DNA of 64,000 nucleotides from Alphaproteobacteria bacterium (lineage in GTDB: Bacteria; Pseudomonadota; Alphaproteobacteria; MPNO01; UBA830), in assembly GCA_965214975.1 (NCBI GenBank), contig OZ244055.1, forward strand, positions 3,239,448-3,303,447, read 5' to 3'. Numbering within the stretch: position 1 is the stretch's first letter; the number at the start of each line of letters is the position of its first letter. The translations under genes were made by a program, and so were the position numbers. The notes below the pieces were generated by a model. That model was given only the letters and a program-made list of their open reading frames with translations, had not been told where the DNA came from and ran no database searches. Positions 47,691-58,939 of the stretch are shown here, piece by piece.

Positions 47691-48732
47691 GCGGGGTTCC
47701 CGCGCGGGCCAGCGCTCCGCCCGTCAGGGGCGCCGGCACGCCGGTGGTCGAGGGCAGGCTGAGCGGGAGCTCCCGGAGCGCGCGCACGGCGAGGAAGGCG
47801 AAGGCCTGGGCCTCGAGCGCGTCGCCGTCCCAGCCCGCCTCCTCCGCGGCCGCGGCCGGCCGGCCGAGGCGGCGGCCGAGTTCCGCCATCAGCGTCCGGT
47901 TCCTGCGGCCGCCCCCGGTGACGATCCACCGTTCGGGCGGCGCCGGAAAGAAGGCGGCGGCGCGCGCGGCCGCCTCGCAGGTGAAACGGACGAGCGTCGC
48001 CGCCCCGTCCTCGGCCGAGAGGCCCTCCAGCGCCGCGGTGTCGAAATCCAGCCGGTCGAGCGACTTGGGCGGCGGCCGGCGGAAATGCCCGTGGTCCAGA
48101 AGCCGGGCGAGGCGGACCGGATCCGGGCGCCCGGCGGCGCTGACGGCGCCGTCGCGGTCGAACGGCAGTCCGGCGGTCGCCGAGACCCAGTCGTCGAGAA
48201 GCGCGTTTCCCGGGCCGGTGTCGAAGGCGACCGGATCCTCGCCGTCGGCGCCGACCCAGGTGACGTTGGCGATGCCGCCGACGTTGAGGACGGCGATCGG
48301 GCACGGCAGATCCCGGCACAGCGCCTCGTGGTAGAGCGGCGCCAGCGGCGCGCCCTGGCCGCCGGCGGCGACGTCCGCGCTCCGGAAATCGTGGACCACG
48401 TCGATCCCGACGGCGTCGGCGAGCCCGCGGCCGTCGCCGACCTGCACCGTCTCGCCGCGTTCCGGGGCGTGCAGGATCGTGTGCCCGTGCATTCCGATCA
48501 CCGACACCCCGCGGCCGTGCCGCGCGAGAACGGCGCGCGCCGCCGCGGCGTGGCGCCGCGTGATCTCCTCGGCGAGTCCGGCGTCCGGCCGGGGCCGTCC
48601 CAGGGCGCCGGCGAGCGCCGCGCGAAGCGTCGCGTCGTAGGGGAAGGTCCGCGCCGGCCCGAAGGCGGAAACGCTCTCCCCGTCGGTCCGGACGACGGCC
48701 GCGTCGATGCCGTCCATCGAGGTGCCGCTCAT
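47677..48732 (-). CDS. anmK: Anhydro-N-acetylmuramic acid kinase.
   Basis: 351 aa, MSGTSMDGIDAAVV... (AnmK N-terminus) with ASKHA-type motifs. Confidence 0.85.
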   Translation of the reverse strand: MSGTSMDGIDAAVVRTDGESVSAFGPARTFPYDATLRAALAGALGRPRPDAGLAEEITRRHAAAARAVLARHGRGVSVIGMHGHTILHAPERGETVQVGDGRGLADAVGIDVVHDFRSADVAAGGQGAPLAPLYHEALCRDLPCPIAVLNVGGIANVTWVGADGEDPVAFDTGPGNALLDDWVSATAGLPFDRDGAVSAAGRPDPVRLARLLDHGHFRRPPPKSLDRLDFDTAALEGLSAEDGAATLVRFTCEAAARAAAFFPAPPERWIVTGGGRRNRTLMAELGRRLGRPAAAAEEAGWDGDALEAQAFAFLAVRALRELPLSLPSTTGVPAPLTGGALARAGTPPTPG

Positions 48733-48767
48733 CAGGCCGAGGGCCCAGAGCGGCCGGAAACCCGGGG

Positions 48768-49640
48768 TCAGAAGGTCTCTCCCGAGAGATAGCGGTCGAC
48801 GATCTCCGAGCCGGTGGCCTTCCAGACCCCGTCATGGCCGTCGATGTGGCGGAGCGCCCGGTCGAAGGGGCCGATCCGGTGCGGCACGCCGATCACGAAC
48901 GGGTGCAGGCAGATCGCCATGACGCGCCCCGAGCCGGTCTCGACGCTCTCCCGGTAGAGCGTGTCGAACTGGCGGCAGATCATGTCGGCGAACTCGTCCG
49001 CCGACCGCCCGGCGCGCCACATCTGGGGCAGGTCGTTGATCTCGGTGGAGTAGGGGATCGAGCAGATGGTGCCGCTCCCGAGCGTCATGACGTAGGGCTG
49101 GTCGTCGTTGATCCAGTCGGCGACGTAGGCGCAGCCGTTGTCGATCAGGGCGTCGAGGGTCGTCCAGTTCTCCTGCAGCCCGGAGCTGAGCCAGCCGCGG
49201 GGGCGGCGCCCGGTGGCCTCGGCGATGCGGTCGAGGCTGCCGGCGACCAGCCTGCGCCCGTCGGCGTCGTCGAGCGCGTGGAGATAGCGGCTGTTGGACT
49301 GGTTGTGGCCCATGAACTCCCAGTCGAGCGCGACGGCGTCCTCGACGATTTCCGGGTAGTCGTCGCACACCTCGCTGTTGACGGCGGCGGTCCCTCGGAT
49401 CCCGTGCTTTTCGAGAATCTCCATCAGCCGGAACACGCCGACGCGCGCGCCGTAGTCGCGCGGCGCCCAGTTGATGACGTCGGGCGCGAGGCCGGTGCCC
49501 CCGGGCACCGGCTCGTCGAGCGGAAAGGTCTCGATGTTGGGGACGACCCACAGCGCGAGGTGGTTGCCGTCGGGCCAGACGATCCTCGGGCGGCGGTTGA
49601 CGGGGACGTACGCGAACGGTCCGTGACGTCGCGGCTCCAT
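48768..49640 (-). CDS. Polysaccharide deacetylase (CE4) family protein, PuuE-allantoinase-like.
   Basis: 290 aa, …IVWPDGNHLALWVVPNIETFPLD…, NodB-type. Confidence 0.8.
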   Translation of the reverse strand: MEPRRHGPFAYVPVNRRPRIVWPDGNHLALWVVPNIETFPLDEPVPGGTGLAPDVINWAPRDYGARVGVFRLMEILEKHGIRGTAAVNSEVCDDYPEIVEDAVALDWEFMGHNQSNSRYLHALDDADGRRLVAGSLDRIAEATGRRPRGWLSSGLQENWTTLDALIDNGCAYVADWINDDQPYVMTLGSGTICSIPYSTEINDLPQMWRAGRSADEFADMICRQFDTLYRESVETGSGRVMAICLHPFVIGVPHRIGPFDRALRHIDGHDGVWKATGSEIVDRYLSGETF

Positions 49641-49736
49641 GGCTCTCTCCTTCCGGCGGCGGCGCGGGAACGCTTCGCGGCCCGGCCGGCGGAGTATCGA
49701 AACCGCGAAACCGCTTGTCCACCCGGCGCCGCCGGC

Positions 49737-50660
49737 CTACCGCGTCCGGCGCCGCCCCAGCAGGGTCGTCAGGTAGATGCCGACGCCGATCAGGCCGACG
49801 CCGACGGCGTGGAACCAGAACAGGCGCTCGCCGAGAAGCCCCAGGGCCAGCAGCACCGTGTAGACCGGGATGAGATGGATGAACAGGCCGGCCGGCCCCG
49901 GGCCGAGGCTCTCGACGGTGTGGTTCCACCAGAGCATCGCCAGCAGCGACGAGAAGACGGCCATGAACAGCGTCGACCACGCCATGCTCCAGTTGAGCGG
50001 CGTCGGCGCGAAGAGCGCGTTCTCGACGGCCCACAGCGGAAGCAGCGCCGCGGCCCCGCCGGCGAGGATCCCGAACAGCAGGTTGAGGCGGTGGAGTTCC
50101 GGCGGCACGCGCCGCAGCAGGACGGCGTAGAAGGCCCAGGCGACCACCGAGACCAGGACGAGGACGTCGCCGGCGTTGAACCGCAGCGACGACAGCGAGG
50201 CCGGGTCGCCGCGCGCCACCAGGTGGACGACGCCGGCCAGCGACAGCGCCACCCCGGCCCATTGCGCCGCGGTCAGGCGGTCGCGGAACATGAGCCAGGC
50301 GCAGGCGATGATCGCGACCGGCTCGGCGGAGTTGATCAGCGCGCCGTTGATCGCGGTCGTGAACTGGAGCCCGACGAACAGCATGCCGTTGCCGCCGACG
50401 AACAGCAGCGCTCCGAGGGCGCCCAGGAATCTCCAGTGCCGGCGGATCAGCGGCCACTGGGCGTGCACCAGGCGGTGGCAGAACAGGTAGAGGATCGCCA
50501 GCGCGACAACGCATCTGGAGAACGAGAGCGCCACCGGCGGGACGTCGCCGGCCACGTCCCGCACCACGATGATGCTCCCCGCCCAGCACAGCGTCGCCAG
50601 CGGGCCCGCGAGCAGCGGCGGCGGGGTCAGCCGCGCGAAGAGGCCCTCGGGGGCTCTCAT
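49737..50660 (-). CDS. DMT-superfamily (EamA-like) transporter.
   Basis: 307 aa with 10 TM segments and two EamA repeats. Confidence 0.8.
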   Translation of the reverse strand: MRAPEGLFARLTPPPLLAGPLATLCWAGSIIVVRDVAGDVPPVALSFSRCVVALAILYLFCHRLVHAQWPLIRRHWRFLGALGALLFVGGNGMLFVGLQFTTAINGALINSAEPVAIIACAWLMFRDRLTAAQWAGVALSLAGVVHLVARGDPASLSSLRFNAGDVLVLVSVVAWAFYAVLLRRVPPELHRLNLLFGILAGGAAALLPLWAVENALFAPTPLNWSMAWSTLFMAVFSSLLAMLWWNHTVESLGPGPAGLFIHLIPVYTVLLALGLLGERLFWFHAVGVGLIGVGIYLTTLLGRRRTR

Positions 50661-50691
50661 GCCCGGTGGCGCCGGCCCGCGCCCCGGCGCC

Positions 50692-52212
50692 TCACCGCGC
50701 CCCGGCCCGCGCGGCGGCCGCCGCCCGTTCCCCGAGAAGGCGGCGGTCGATCTTGTTGGTGCCCGCGAGCGGCAGCGACGGGACCAGGAACACCCGGCGC
50801 GGATGCGCGTAGGCCGGACCGTTGGCGAGCGCGTGGCGCTTGATCCGGTCCTCGTCGACCTCCGCGCCCTCGCGCGGCACCACCCAGGCGTAGGGCACGT
50901 GCGCCTTGAGCTCGTCGGGGGCCGGCACGACGACCGCCTGCAGGACGTCCTCGTGGCGTTCGAGCATGGCCTCGACCTCCCCCGGATGGATGTTCTCGCC
51001 GGCGCACACGAACATGTCGTCAGCCCGCCCGACGAAGTAGTGCCAGCCGTCGGCGTCGCGCCGGAGAATGTCGCCGGTGTCGAGCCAGCCGTCCTCGCCG
51101 AGCGCGGCCGCCGTCTCCTCGGGCAGCCCGTGGTATCCCGCCATCACGCCCGGGCTGCGCACGTGGAGAACGCCCTCGTCGCCGCCGTCGCCGAGGCGGA
51201 TCTGGACGCCGTCGATGGGATAGCCGACCGAGGTCCGGGGACGCGGAAGGCCGTCGGGGTGCGTCCAGGAGAAGAGGATCGGCCCGCCTTCGGTGATGCC
51301 GTAGTTGAGGTTGAGTCCGGCGTCGGGAAACCGTTCGGCAAGCGAATCCAGAAGGTTGTCCGAGGCCGGGGCGGATCCCATCGAGCAGTGGCGGACCGAG
51401 GACAGGTCGGTCGCGTCGAGAAGCTCGCGCTCCTGCAGGATCAGCGCGTACATCGTCGGCACGCCGGTCAGCATGGTCAGGCGGTAGCGCTCGATGGCGC
51501 GCACGTAGGCCCTGGCGTCGAAGCGGGAGAACAGGACGATCCGCCCGCCCGCGGCGAGCGCCGACTTGACGGCGAGCAGGGCGTTCTTGTGGTAGAGCGG
51601 CGCCGAGACGATCGAGCTGTCGTTCGCGGAGAGGTCGCGGCTCTCGACGATCCGGCCGAGCATCCACACCTGGCCCGCGTGGTCGAGGAGCACGCCCTTG
51701 GGCCGTCCGGTCGAGCCCGACGTGTAGGGCTGTTCGGCGATGTCCCCGGCGCCGGGGAGGAACGACGGGAACGGCGCGTCGAGAGGCCGCTTGAAGTCCC
51801 CGAACGCGTCGTCGCCGCTCCCGAAGGAGACCGCCCGGACGCCGGGCGGCACCCGCGCGGCCTGGTCGGGGTCCGCGAACACCGCCTTCACCGCGGCGTC
51901 GCGAACGATGTAGCGCACGGTCTCGTCGGGCAGCTTGAGGTTGATCATCACCGGCACGCAGCCGGCCCGCATCGCCCCGAAGAGCGTCTCGAGATACTCG
52001 ACGCGGTTCAGCGCGAGGATGCCGATCCGGTCGCCAGGTTCCATGCCCGCGAGGAGCAGGCCGTTGGCGACCGCGTCGCAGGCCGCGTCGAAGGCGCGGA
52101 AGCTGAGTTCGCGCGGCGCCCCGGGGTCGCGGAGGTCGACGACCGCGGTGCGTCCGCTGGCGGCGTGGGCCTCGAAGACGTCGCCGAGGTTTCCGGATTC
52201 GGGCGGCTGCAT
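50692..52212 (-). CDS. AMP-dependent synthetase/ligase (acyl-CoA synthetase).
   Basis: 506 aa with the AMP-binding motif YTSGSTGRPKGV, plus GYGITE-like and GWLDTGD regions. The ATG is at 52212; the track fuses it into an 898-aa frame. Confidence 0.85.
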   Translation of the reverse strand: MQPPESGNLGDVFEAHAASGRTAVVDLRDPGAPRELSFRAFDAACDAVANGLLLAGMEPGDRIGILALNRVEYLETLFGAMRAGCVPVMINLKLPDETVRYIVRDAAVKAVFADPDQAARVPPGVRAVSFGSGDDAFGDFKRPLDAPFPSFLPGAGDIAEQPYTSGSTGRPKGVLLDHAGQVWMLGRIVESRDLSANDSSIVSAPLYHKNALLAVKSALAAGGRIVLFSRFDARAYVRAIERYRLTMLTGVPTMYALILQERELLDATDLSSVRHCSMGSAPASDNLLDSLAERFPDAGLNLNYGITEGGPILFSWTHPDGLPRPRTSVGYPIDGVQIRLGDGGDEGVLHVRSPGVMAGYHGLPEETAAALGEDGWLDTGDILRRDADGWHYFVGRADDMFVCAGENIHPGEVEAMLERHEDVLQAVVVPAPDELKAHVPYAWVVPREGAEVDEDRIKRHALANGPAYAHPRRVFLVPSLPLAGTNKIDRRLLGERAAAAARAGAR

Positions 52213-52241
52213 CGCGCGTCTGCCCCGGGGCGCCGGCGCCG

Positions 52242-53249
52242 TCAGGGCGTGATGACGATCTTTCCGATCACCTCGCGGTCGCGCAGCCGGCGCACGCCCT
52301 CGGCCGTTTGCTCGAGCGGAAGCGTCTCGTCGATGACCGGGGCGAGGCGGCCCTCGGAAATCATCCCCATCAGCGTCTCGAGGTCTTCGGTGGTCCAGGA
52401 GTTGGACCCGAGGATCTTGAGCTCGAACGTCCACACGTAGCGCAGATCCTCCGCCGGGTCGTGGCCCGCCGTCGCGCCGCAGGTCAGGATCTTGCCGCCC
52501 CGCCGGGTGGCCTTGAGCGACGGAACCCAGGTGTCGCCGCCGGTGAAGTTGATCACCACGTCGACCCCGCCGTCGCGCCTGCGGCGGTGGGGCTTGCCGA
52601 ACAGCCCGTGGATCGTCCTCTCGAAGCTCTCGTAGCCGATGACGTGGTCGGCGCCCCAGGACTTCAGGGCCTCGAGCTTGTCCGGGCTCGAGCCGGCGGC
52701 GACCACCTCGCACCCCATCATGCGGGCGAGCAGCACGCAGCACGAACCCACGCCTCCGGACGCGCCGAGAACCAGCACCCTCTCGCCGCCCGTCATGCCG
52801 CCGTTCGTGACCATCATGCGGTGGGCCGTGCCGTAGGCCACCGGAAGCGCCGCGGCCTGGGCGTGGGAGCAGCCCTCGGGGATCGCGATCAGGCGCGTGG
52901 CGTCGACGGCGCAGTACTCCGCCGTTCCGCCGTCGAGCATCTCGCCCATCAGGCCCTTCTCGGGGGCGGTCGGATCCAGCGGGTTGACGAGCACGTCGTC
53001 GCCGACCTTCCAGCCGTCGACCCCGGCGCCGACCTCGGCGATCTCGCCGGCGATGTCGAGGCCGATGACGACGGGAAGCGGCACCTTGATGCCCGGCATT
53101 CCCCGGGTGGTGAAGACGTCGTGGTAGTTCAGCGACGTCGCCCGGACCCGCACGACGACCTGTCCGTCGCCGCATTGCGGATCGGCGTAGTCGGCGTGAT
53201 GGACCAGATTCTCGATGTCGCCGTGCTCGTGCAGAACGACTGCGCGCAA
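52242..53249 (-). CDS. Zinc-type alcohol dehydrogenase / quinone oxidoreductase (MDR family).
   Basis: 335 aa with the GroES-like and Rossmann motif LVLGASGGVGS. TTG start 6 nt after GGAGA. Confidence 0.85.
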   Translation of the reverse strand: MRAVVLHEHGDIENLVHHADYADPQCGDGQVVVRVRATSLNYHDVFTTRGMPGIKVPLPVVIGLDIAGEIAEVGAGVDGWKVGDDVLVNPLDPTAPEKGLMGEMLDGGTAEYCAVDATRLIAIPEGCSHAQAAALPVAYGTAHRMMVTNGGMTGGERVLVLGASGGVGSCCVLLARMMGCEVVAAGSSPDKLEALKSWGADHVIGYESFERTIHGLFGKPHRRRRDGGVDVVINFTGGDTWVPSLKATRRGGKILTCGATAGHDPAEDLRYVWTFELKILGSNSWTTEDLETLMGMISEGRLAPVIDETLPLEQTAEGVRRLRDREVIGKIVITP

Positions 53250-53529
53250 GATCTTTCTCCTCGGAGGGCCCGCCGACGGCGCCGGCCGGCGGATTCTGGG
53301 CGGAAACCCACGCTCTGACGGGATCTAAACGCGATCGCGCGGCCCGCGTCAATCGCCGCCGACGCAGACGATCCGCGAGAGCCGGCACGCGGGGGTCGTC
53401 CGCGCCGGTTCGACGGCGCGTTCGGGACCGCTGCCCGACGGCCCGGCGTTCCGGTCGCGCCGCGGCGACCGGCCGATCCCTGCCGAAAGCGGCGCGCCCG
53501 TCCCGGGACCGCCGCCGGCCGGGCCTCGT

Positions 53530-54459
53530 TCACGGCGCCGCGAACGGGTCGGCGCCCGGGGCGTGCAGCACGAACGCCGCGCCCGCCCCGGCCTCGGGGC
53601 GCACGACGAGGCGCCCGGGCTCGTCCGCGAGCAGGGGCACGTTCCGCTCCGCCAGAAACGCCCGCGTGCGCCCGAGATCGGCGCTGCGGACGGCCGCCGC
53701 CGCCATCAGCGGCAGCGACGGGATCCCGATGCCGGGCAGGATCGCGCGGCAGGCGGAGGGATCCGCGACGGCGATCTCGCCGCGGTCGAGGACGATCCTC
53801 CGGCATCCGCCGTCCCGTCCCGCCGGGCGGCCGGTGAAGCGGGCGTAGCGTTCCGCCGCCGCGTCCGCGTCGGCGGTGCAGATCAGCAGCCCCGACAGCA
53901 GGTCGGCGCCGTTGCCGGAGGCCGTCGCCGAGGGCTGCCACACCACGTCCGGGGTTTCCTGGGTCAGGATCTGGATGCGCCCCTCCGGCATGTCGTCGCG
54001 GGCGAGGCGGAGAACGGAAAACCCCGCGACCTCCTCGCCGCCGCCGTCGAGCGGCATCGGGCGGCGCAGCGCCACCGGCGGCGCGGCCTCGAAGCCGGCG
54101 GCGCGGAGCCGGTCGGCCGCGGCCGCCGTGTCGTTCACCGAGAACGCCGCCAGATGAAGGCCTTCGCGGCGTTCGAGCGCGGCGTCGATCTGGCGCGCGA
54201 GCGGGGTGTCGGCGCCCGGCGCCCGGACCAGCACCTCGAGATAGCCGCGCGCGATCATGGCGCAGCGGTTGGCGGTTCCCGACGGAACCCTGGTGCCGTC
54301 GGCGCGGGCGTTGGCATGCACGGCCAGCGGCGTCATCGGAAAGCCGAGGCGCCCGAAGGCCTCCGCGGCCGCGTCCATGTCGGCCACGAACCAGCCCACA
54401 TGGTCGAGGAAGATCTCGCCGCCGGCGGGCGTCTGCGCCGGAAGCGCCGCCGCCGTCAC
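53530..54459 (-). CDS. VOC (glyoxalase/bleomycin-resistance/dioxygenase) family protein with two VOC modules.
   Basis: About 309 aa. The GTG at 54459 overlaps the upstream stop (GTGA). It contains …FLDHVGWFVADMDAAAEAFGRLGF…. Confidence 0.7.
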   Translation of the reverse strand: MTAAALPAQTPAGGEIFLDHVGWFVADMDAAAEAFGRLGFPMTPLAVHANARADGTRVPSGTANRCAMIARGYLEVLVRAPGADTPLARQIDAALERREGLHLAAFSVNDTAAAADRLRAAGFEAAPPVALRRPMPLDGGGEEVAGFSVLRLARDDMPEGRIQILTQETPDVVWQPSATASGNGADLLSGLLICTADADAAAERYARFTGRPAGRDGGCRRIVLDRGEIAVADPSACRAILPGIGIPSLPLMAAAAVRSADLGRTRAFLAERNVPLLADEPGRLVVRPEAGAGAAFVLHAPGADPFAAP

Positions 54460-55076
54460 GCGAGCCGGCCCGGAGAGAGCGAGCTGCGCCCCCGGTCCGG
54501 GTTGGGCACCACGGAGAGCCGGAGCCGCTCCGAGAGATCGTCCGCCCCGCCCACGTAGGAGCCGTCGAGCCAGATCTGCGGGACGGTCACCGGAGTCCTG
54601 GCCCCGATGAGGGGCTTGACCCGGCCCAGCATCTCGTAGAGCGCGCGCGGCTCGCGGACGACGTCGTGATAGGCGTAGTCCACGCCGGCCTCGTCGAGAT
54701 ACCCCTTGGCGCGCGTGCAGTGCGGGCAGGACTCCTTGCCGAAGACGTGGTTGCCGCGGATGCCGCCGCGCCGGACGTGGGCGGCGATCACCGCCTCGGT
54801 CAGCACGCCGCGGTTGAGGGCGTGGCCCTGGCTGACGACGCGCCCCTCGACCGCGACGATCGGCGCGTGCCAGCCGCCGGCGGGAAGCGGCCGCCACCAC
54901 TCGCTGAGCCATTCGCGGTTGTCGAGCTCGACGGGGACGCCGGCGAGCTCGTTGGCGAAGGTGTCCTCGAGAACGTCGACGGTGAGCGCGCACTCGCCGC
55001 ACGGCACGCGGACCCTGAACGGGCCCCACCGCCCCGCCCAGCGGTACAGCGTCACCCTGACGGGATCCTCAGCCAT
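54456..55076 (-). CDS. Glutaredoxin-domain protein with a novel N-terminal Cys-containing domain.
   Basis: The C-terminal glutaredoxin module has CPHC and a …VPQIWLDGSYVGGADDL… signature. The N-terminal ~100 aa has CGEC and is of unclear family. Confidence 0.7.
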   Translation of the reverse strand: MAEDPVRVTLYRWAGRWGPFRVRVPCGECALTVDVLEDTFANELAGVPVELDNREWLSEWWRPLPAGGWHAPIVAVEGRVVSQGHALNRGVLTEAVIAAHVRRGGIRGNHVFGKESCPHCTRAKGYLDEAGVDYAYHDVVREPRALYEMLGRVKPLIGARTPVTVPQIWLDGSYVGGADDLSERLRLSVVPNPDRGRSSLSPGRLA

Positions 55077-55956
55077 GCCCGGCTTCGGCGCTTCCCGCCC
55101 CGTGGCGCTCCTCGAGCTCGAGAACGTCGCCGAACCCCATCAGGTCGTTGAACCCGGCGAAGGGGAAGAGATCGGCGGCGCCGATTCCGCCGGTCCGTTT
55201 CAGCGACGCGTAGACCCCGTCCAGCGCGGCGCAGGCGGAGAGGAAGCCGGCCGCCGGAAAGATCGCGATCCGGTAGCCGATGTCCGCGAGCTCGTCCGGC
55301 GAGAGCACCGGCGTCACGCCGCCGTGGACCATGTTGGCGAGCAGCGGCACCCCCGCGAAGCGGCGCGCGATCGCGCGCATCGCCGCGACGTCGGGCGGCG
55401 CCTCGCAGAACAGGACGTCGGCGCCCGCCTCGGCGTACGCCTCCGCGCGGCGCATGGCCTCGTCCATGCCGAGGGTCTTGATGGCGTCGGTGCGCGCCAC
55501 GATCAGCGTGTCGTCGGACCGCCGGGAGTCGAGCGCGACCTTGATCCTGGCGACCATGTCCTCGGCGGTCGCGAGCCGGTGCCCCGACAGATGGCCGCAC
55601 TTCTTGGGAAAGTCCTGGTCCTCGATCTGGATGGCGGCGACGCCGGCGCGCTCGTATCCGAGCACGGTCTGGCGGACGTTGGCCAGGCCGCCGTAGCCGG
55701 TGTCGGCGTCGGCGATCAGCGGGGTCGCGGTTCCGCCGGCGATGCAGGCCGCGCGCGCCACCATGTCGGTGTAGGTGGCGATCCCGGCGTCGGGCAGGCC
55801 GAGATGGGAGGCGACGGTTCCCGATCCGGTCATGTAGAGGGCCTCGAAGCCCATCGAATCGGCGATCTTCGCCGAGATCATGTCGAAAACGCCCGGCGCG
55901 ACGACGAACGCGCCGCCGTTGCGGACGGTGCCGGCGAACTCCGCTCCCGCCGTCAT
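55069..55956 (-). CDS. Isocitrate lyase/PEP mutase superfamily enzyme, methylisocitrate-lyase / oxaloacetate-decarboxylase-like.
   Basis: 295 aa with …IEDQDFPKKCGHLSGH… (the K-K-C-G-H lyase signature, not the EDK…NS PEP-mutase motif). The ATG overlaps the amidase stop (ATGA). Confidence 0.85.
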   Translation of the reverse strand: MTAGAEFAGTVRNGGAFVVAPGVFDMISAKIADSMGFEALYMTGSGTVASHLGLPDAGIATYTDMVARAACIAGGTATPLIADADTGYGGLANVRQTVLGYERAGVAAIQIEDQDFPKKCGHLSGHRLATAEDMVARIKVALDSRRSDDTLIVARTDAIKTLGMDEAMRRAEAYAEAGADVLFCEAPPDVAAMRAIARRFAGVPLLANMVHGGVTPVLSPDELADIGYRIAIFPAAGFLSACAALDGVYASLKRTGGIGAADLFPFAGFNDLMGFGDVLELEERHGAGSAEAGHG

Positions 55957-57319
55957 GGCCTTCTCCCGCGCCGATCCCGAGGATTCCCGAATATAGGCGG
56001 GCCGGCGCGGGTGGCAACCGCGGGCCGGGCCGCGTCGAGCGCGTCCCGGATCCGGCGCGCCCGCGCGATCAGCGCGGCGTCGTCGCCCGGCCTCGCCACC
56101 AGCTGCACGCCGAGCGGCATGCCGTGGGGGCCGGCGGCGAACGGAAGGGCGACCGCGGGGCCGTGCATCAGGGTCCATGCGCGGTTGAAGACCGAGACCG
56201 ACGGGCTCTCGAGGTCGGCCGGAGCCTCTCCCGCGGCCGGAAGCGTCAGCAGGACCGGGAACCGGTCGAAGACCGCGCCGAGGGCGTCGCGCGCGGCGGC
56301 GGCCCGGGCGCAGGCGGCGGCGTGCTGTTCCCGGGTCCATGACGAGCGGGCGGTTGCCCGGATCCAGGGGTTCGCGGACTCGACGGCGCGGCCGAAGTCC
56401 CCCTCGAGCGCCTTTCTGCCCTCGTGCTGCGAGATCGTCCGGAACGCGTCCTCGACCCCGTCGAACTCGGGCGGCAGGACGGCCTCGGCGACGTCCCAGC
56501 CCGCCGCTTCGAGGCGGGCGGCCGCGTCCCCGACGGCTGCCCGCGCCGCGGGCTCGGCCTCCTCCCAGCGGTCGGTCCGGCAAAGTCCGATGCGCACGGG
56601 CGCGTCGTCCCCGTGCGGCGCGGCGCCGGTGACGGCGCCGTGGACGAGCGCGATGTCCTCGACCGACCGGGCGAAGAATCCGAGGGTGTCGAGAGACGGC
56701 TTGAGGCCCCGGATGCCGCCGCGGTCGAGGCCGTCGAGACTCGCCTTGTAGCCGACGACGCCGCAATGCGCGGCGGGAAGGATGACGGAGCCCCCGGTCT
56801 GCGTGCCGTTGGCCAGAGGCGTCGCCGACGCGGCGACGGCGGCCGCGGAACCGCTCGAGGACACGCCCGGCGTGCGCGACGTGTCGTGCGGGTTGCGGAC
56901 GCCGGCGGGAACGGGGCTCGCGAGTTCGGTGGTCGCCGTCTTGCCGAGGATGACGGCCCCGGCCTCCCGGAGCGCGGCCACGCAGCGCGAGTCGGCGGCC
57001 GGGCGATGGCCCCGGAAGGCGGGCGAGCCGTACTCGGTCGGCATGTCGAACGTGTCGAGCACGTCCTTGACGCCCACCGGCACGCCGTGGAGCGGCCCGA
57101 GCGGCGGATCCGCGGCGTCCCGGGCGCGGGCCTGCCCCAGGGCCAGATCGCGGTCGACGAAGCGCCAGGCGCCGAGCCTGCCGTCGGTCTCGGCGATGCG
57201 GCGGAGGCAGGCGTCGACGATCTCCTCGGACGTCGCGTTCCCGTCCGCGACCGCCCGCGCGGCGTCGCGGGCGGTCAGGCCGCAGAGGGCGTCGGCCGGA
57301 GCCGGGACGGCGCCCGCGG

Positions 57320-57323
<4 letters not shown>
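55953..57323 (-). CDS. Amidase-signature family amidase.
   Basis: About 456 aa with the amidase-signature sequence GGSSSGSAAAVA and catalytic Lys/Ser regions. The GTG at 57323 overlaps the ligase stop (GTGA). Confidence 0.85.
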
Positions 57324-58903
<1,580 letters not shown>

Positions 58904-58939
58904 GTCCGCTCTCTCCGGTTTGGCGTCCGCCCGGCGCGT

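Noticed and set aside
55069-55956. A possible phosphoenolpyruvate mutase, and hence a phosphonate biosynthesis cluster.
   Set aside because: The protein has the K-K-C-G-H lyase signature of isocitrate/methylisocitrate lyases and oxaloacetate decarboxylases rather than the Ppm-specific motif. It is about 295 aa like PrpB. No phosphonopyruvate decarboxylase is nearby.
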